In this document: positions 61,403 through 64,000 of the stretch, in pieces
Layout: each line of letters starts with the position of its first letter
How positions within the stretch are numbered: position 1 is the stretch's first letter
DNA from: Phoronis australis
Lineage: Eukaryota; Animalia; Phoronida
Reading direction: 5' to 3'
Assembly (NCBI GenBank): GCA_002633005.1
Contig: NMRA01000526.1
Location: 198,887 to 262,886 of the forward strand
DNA: 64,000 nucleotides
The notes under the pieces: model-generated
What the model saw: only the letters and a program-made list of their open reading frames with translations
The model's database searches: none
What the model was told of the DNA's origin: nothing
Position numbers and translations under genes: made by a program

Positions 61403-64000
61403 TTTAGTTTTTCTGTATTGATGTAGTAGATATAGACTGTTCATTTCATGAATCATGACTGTTGTGCTAAGATATTGACGGGATTGTTATGGATATAGAT
61501 TATTCTTATATCGAGTTTTATATACTGTTATACTATGCAACATTTTTTCAAAAATAAATATTTCCATCCATGGTGTTTTTCTGTATGTAGTTCTTTATTA
61601 TGAAAGCCATACTCCAGATCTCTAATAGGTACACTCACAACGTGAAGCAAGGCCTGCTCCTACAAGCCTTACAGAATCCCCATTATCTATGAGTGACTTG
61701 GTCGCAAAACTACTCTCCACTATCCATTTTTGGTCCCTAATAACTGTTACAGGATTTAAATTTTATTTGATTGTATTGATTTTTGTGTACCTTAGATGTT
61801 TGACTACTTCATTTATTGCGACCAAGAAAAAACATTTGAATGGCTTGGTATGCTTTTAGGAATTTACTTCGGATTAGTTCAGATTTGTTTTTTCCAAACA
61901 AAATCCAGGACTCGTACTGTAGAAACACAAGTCATGGAAACATCTGGTTTGGAATCCAATCTTTGTGAACATTGGTTAATTGGTGGTAGGAGGAAGCTAT
62001 TTCACGTGTTTGGATGACGAGAGGTGCAAGAATTTTTTTACAGCATCTTGAGAAAAATATTTCAAGGTTTCAGAGAAATCACTGCCACGGCATTTCTTTT
62101 CAGGCAGTCCTTGTGTACTAGTCACAGTGGCTCCCATTCATATTTTTCACTCAAGAAGTAGACTCATGGTCATGTTTGCAAACAGAATGTTTGACCTCTG
62201 GACAGAACTGGCATAATAGGGTTCAGTTTATCTTAAGATAATTTTAATATTTTCCAAGCACAGACATTTTCAGGTTTCCATAGTACATACAAACTATAAT
62301 TTCTCAATATGACTAGGAACATTCTTTGACAAGAAGAAAAGACAACTTTAACTTGCATTGTATTTACCTCGATTACAACTTCAGGGGAAGTAAGTACCAA
62401 AAACTGTACAATCATGTAGTCCACCAACGTCTTCTGAAAATGGTACAAATGATTCCTAACTCAGGCTCAGAATTTTGTATACACAAATTGGGATCACATA
62501 AAGTCTGCAGCAGTGGGTCTCCTGCCAGAGGGCAGCTGTCTAATCTTGTCCAACAGATGGCGCTCACTGACGCCACTAGTCCTCTCATCACTACTTTCCT
62601 CACTACTTCCTTCATAATCACTTTCACTGTCAGACATTCCAACTTTACTCTTTTGTTTCTTCTTTTTTGATTTGTGTTTCTGCTTGGATTTCTTTTTTTT
62701 CTCTTTCTTATGCTTCCGGGACTTTGTTTTATTTCTGTGTTTGTCCTTAGTAGATTTTTCGATAAAAAGTTCACTGGACATGTACGTCTGAACAACATCA
62801 GAGATGGGCTCATCTGAAAAAGAGATGTTAAAATAGGAAGAGAATTTATGAGATTGCCAGACGCGCACTGCAGACGGGAGCTATGGGCTTAGTCAACCAA
62901 CTTGAATCCCAATTTGCAACGCACAGCTTTTGTCTAAGCCTAATGGACCACAAGGTATTCCATCACGAGGCAATGAGGCAAATATCCATCTCGCTTGAGG
63001 ACAAAGGCAAATATCCAGTCCTTTTTCCTCACAACCCCAAAAACTTGGTGTTTGCTGGTAGCCCATACGGCGCTATGAGCTCAACATATTGGCATTCAAG
63101 TTTGGTGGTAAGCACATCGGTCACTGTCTCTGATAAGCTTAAACGTACTGTTAGAAACTTTATAAACAATATAATGGAACATGCTACATTTTAAAATCAC
63201 AATGGACTTTCCAGTACATAGTAAATTAACTAATAAGGCCCAAACACTAACATTTCCCTTGGAGTACCATACTGTAAGTTGTCGACATAAGGGATTTTTT
63301 TAATCCTGACAGAATTTCCACTGAATGTTTTAAAACAGAACATGCTTTATACAAGACAAATCGGGGATTCTCACCCATTGCCTTGCTGTCAGCTGGAGGA
63401 AGGCTCGGTCCATAGATGTCGTCATCGATCTCTACTGACCTTTGACCTTTAGGCCAATCAAATGAGTGTGGTGTGCCTGACTGTTCACTGCCATCTGGTG
63501 ATTTACAATGAGAAAAATTCAACAATGTTACTTTATAACCAACACTTGAGTAACTGACATTTTTGAGACCCATTTTCAAAATAATCCTTGATGACCAAAG
63601 AAATGTGCATAGCACACGATCATAATGCCTGAACTGTGCAGTCATATGAGCTTGTTTTTATTTTGCAAAAAATCATTGTTTAATGAAAGATAATGATTAA
63701 AAACTAGACTGTATTTCTGCTGGATAGTTTCACAGACAATTACTCGTGTTCTCTGAACAATTTTCCATCATCAGGTATACAGTTATGGAGTAAATTGCCA
63801 ATAAACATGACAAACAAATACATTAAAACAGCAAGTTAGTTAACTAAGGGCTTCCACCATCTTGTGAAAGATAATGCAGCAACATTCGCAAAATTTGCAC
63901 GCAACTTGGTAACGTGTGGGATTAACAATCGAGGATTTCTACCTCACGAACTTGACTGTCGGATAAACGACTTCCACTTTTTACCAAGTGTTGTAGCATT

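Overview
AT-rich, intron-containing animal genomic DNA (probably a marine invertebrate; organism not determinable), from a draft assembly with a 744-N gap and four single-N joins. The first ~16 kb carries a plus-strand spliced uridine phosphorylase (UPP1/UPP2-like) gene. Six exons were found, one catalytic exon is missing, and one splice acceptor plus exon start is amplified 7x in tandem. The remaining ~47 kb has no recognisable host gene. It is a dense mosaic of transposon pieces: several piggyBac families (one apparently intact, with TTAA/TIRs), ISL2EU/Harbinger (THAP, SWIM, YqaJ, DDE), Sola1-like, Dada-like (DUF6729), Gypsy, Helentron-type HINEs, MITEs and a repeated spliced OB-fold gene. 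Almost every recognisable coding remnant lies on the minus strand, the layout expected of a uni-strand (flamenco-like) piRNA cluster or transposon trap. All family assignments come from motif recognition by eye, not database searches.
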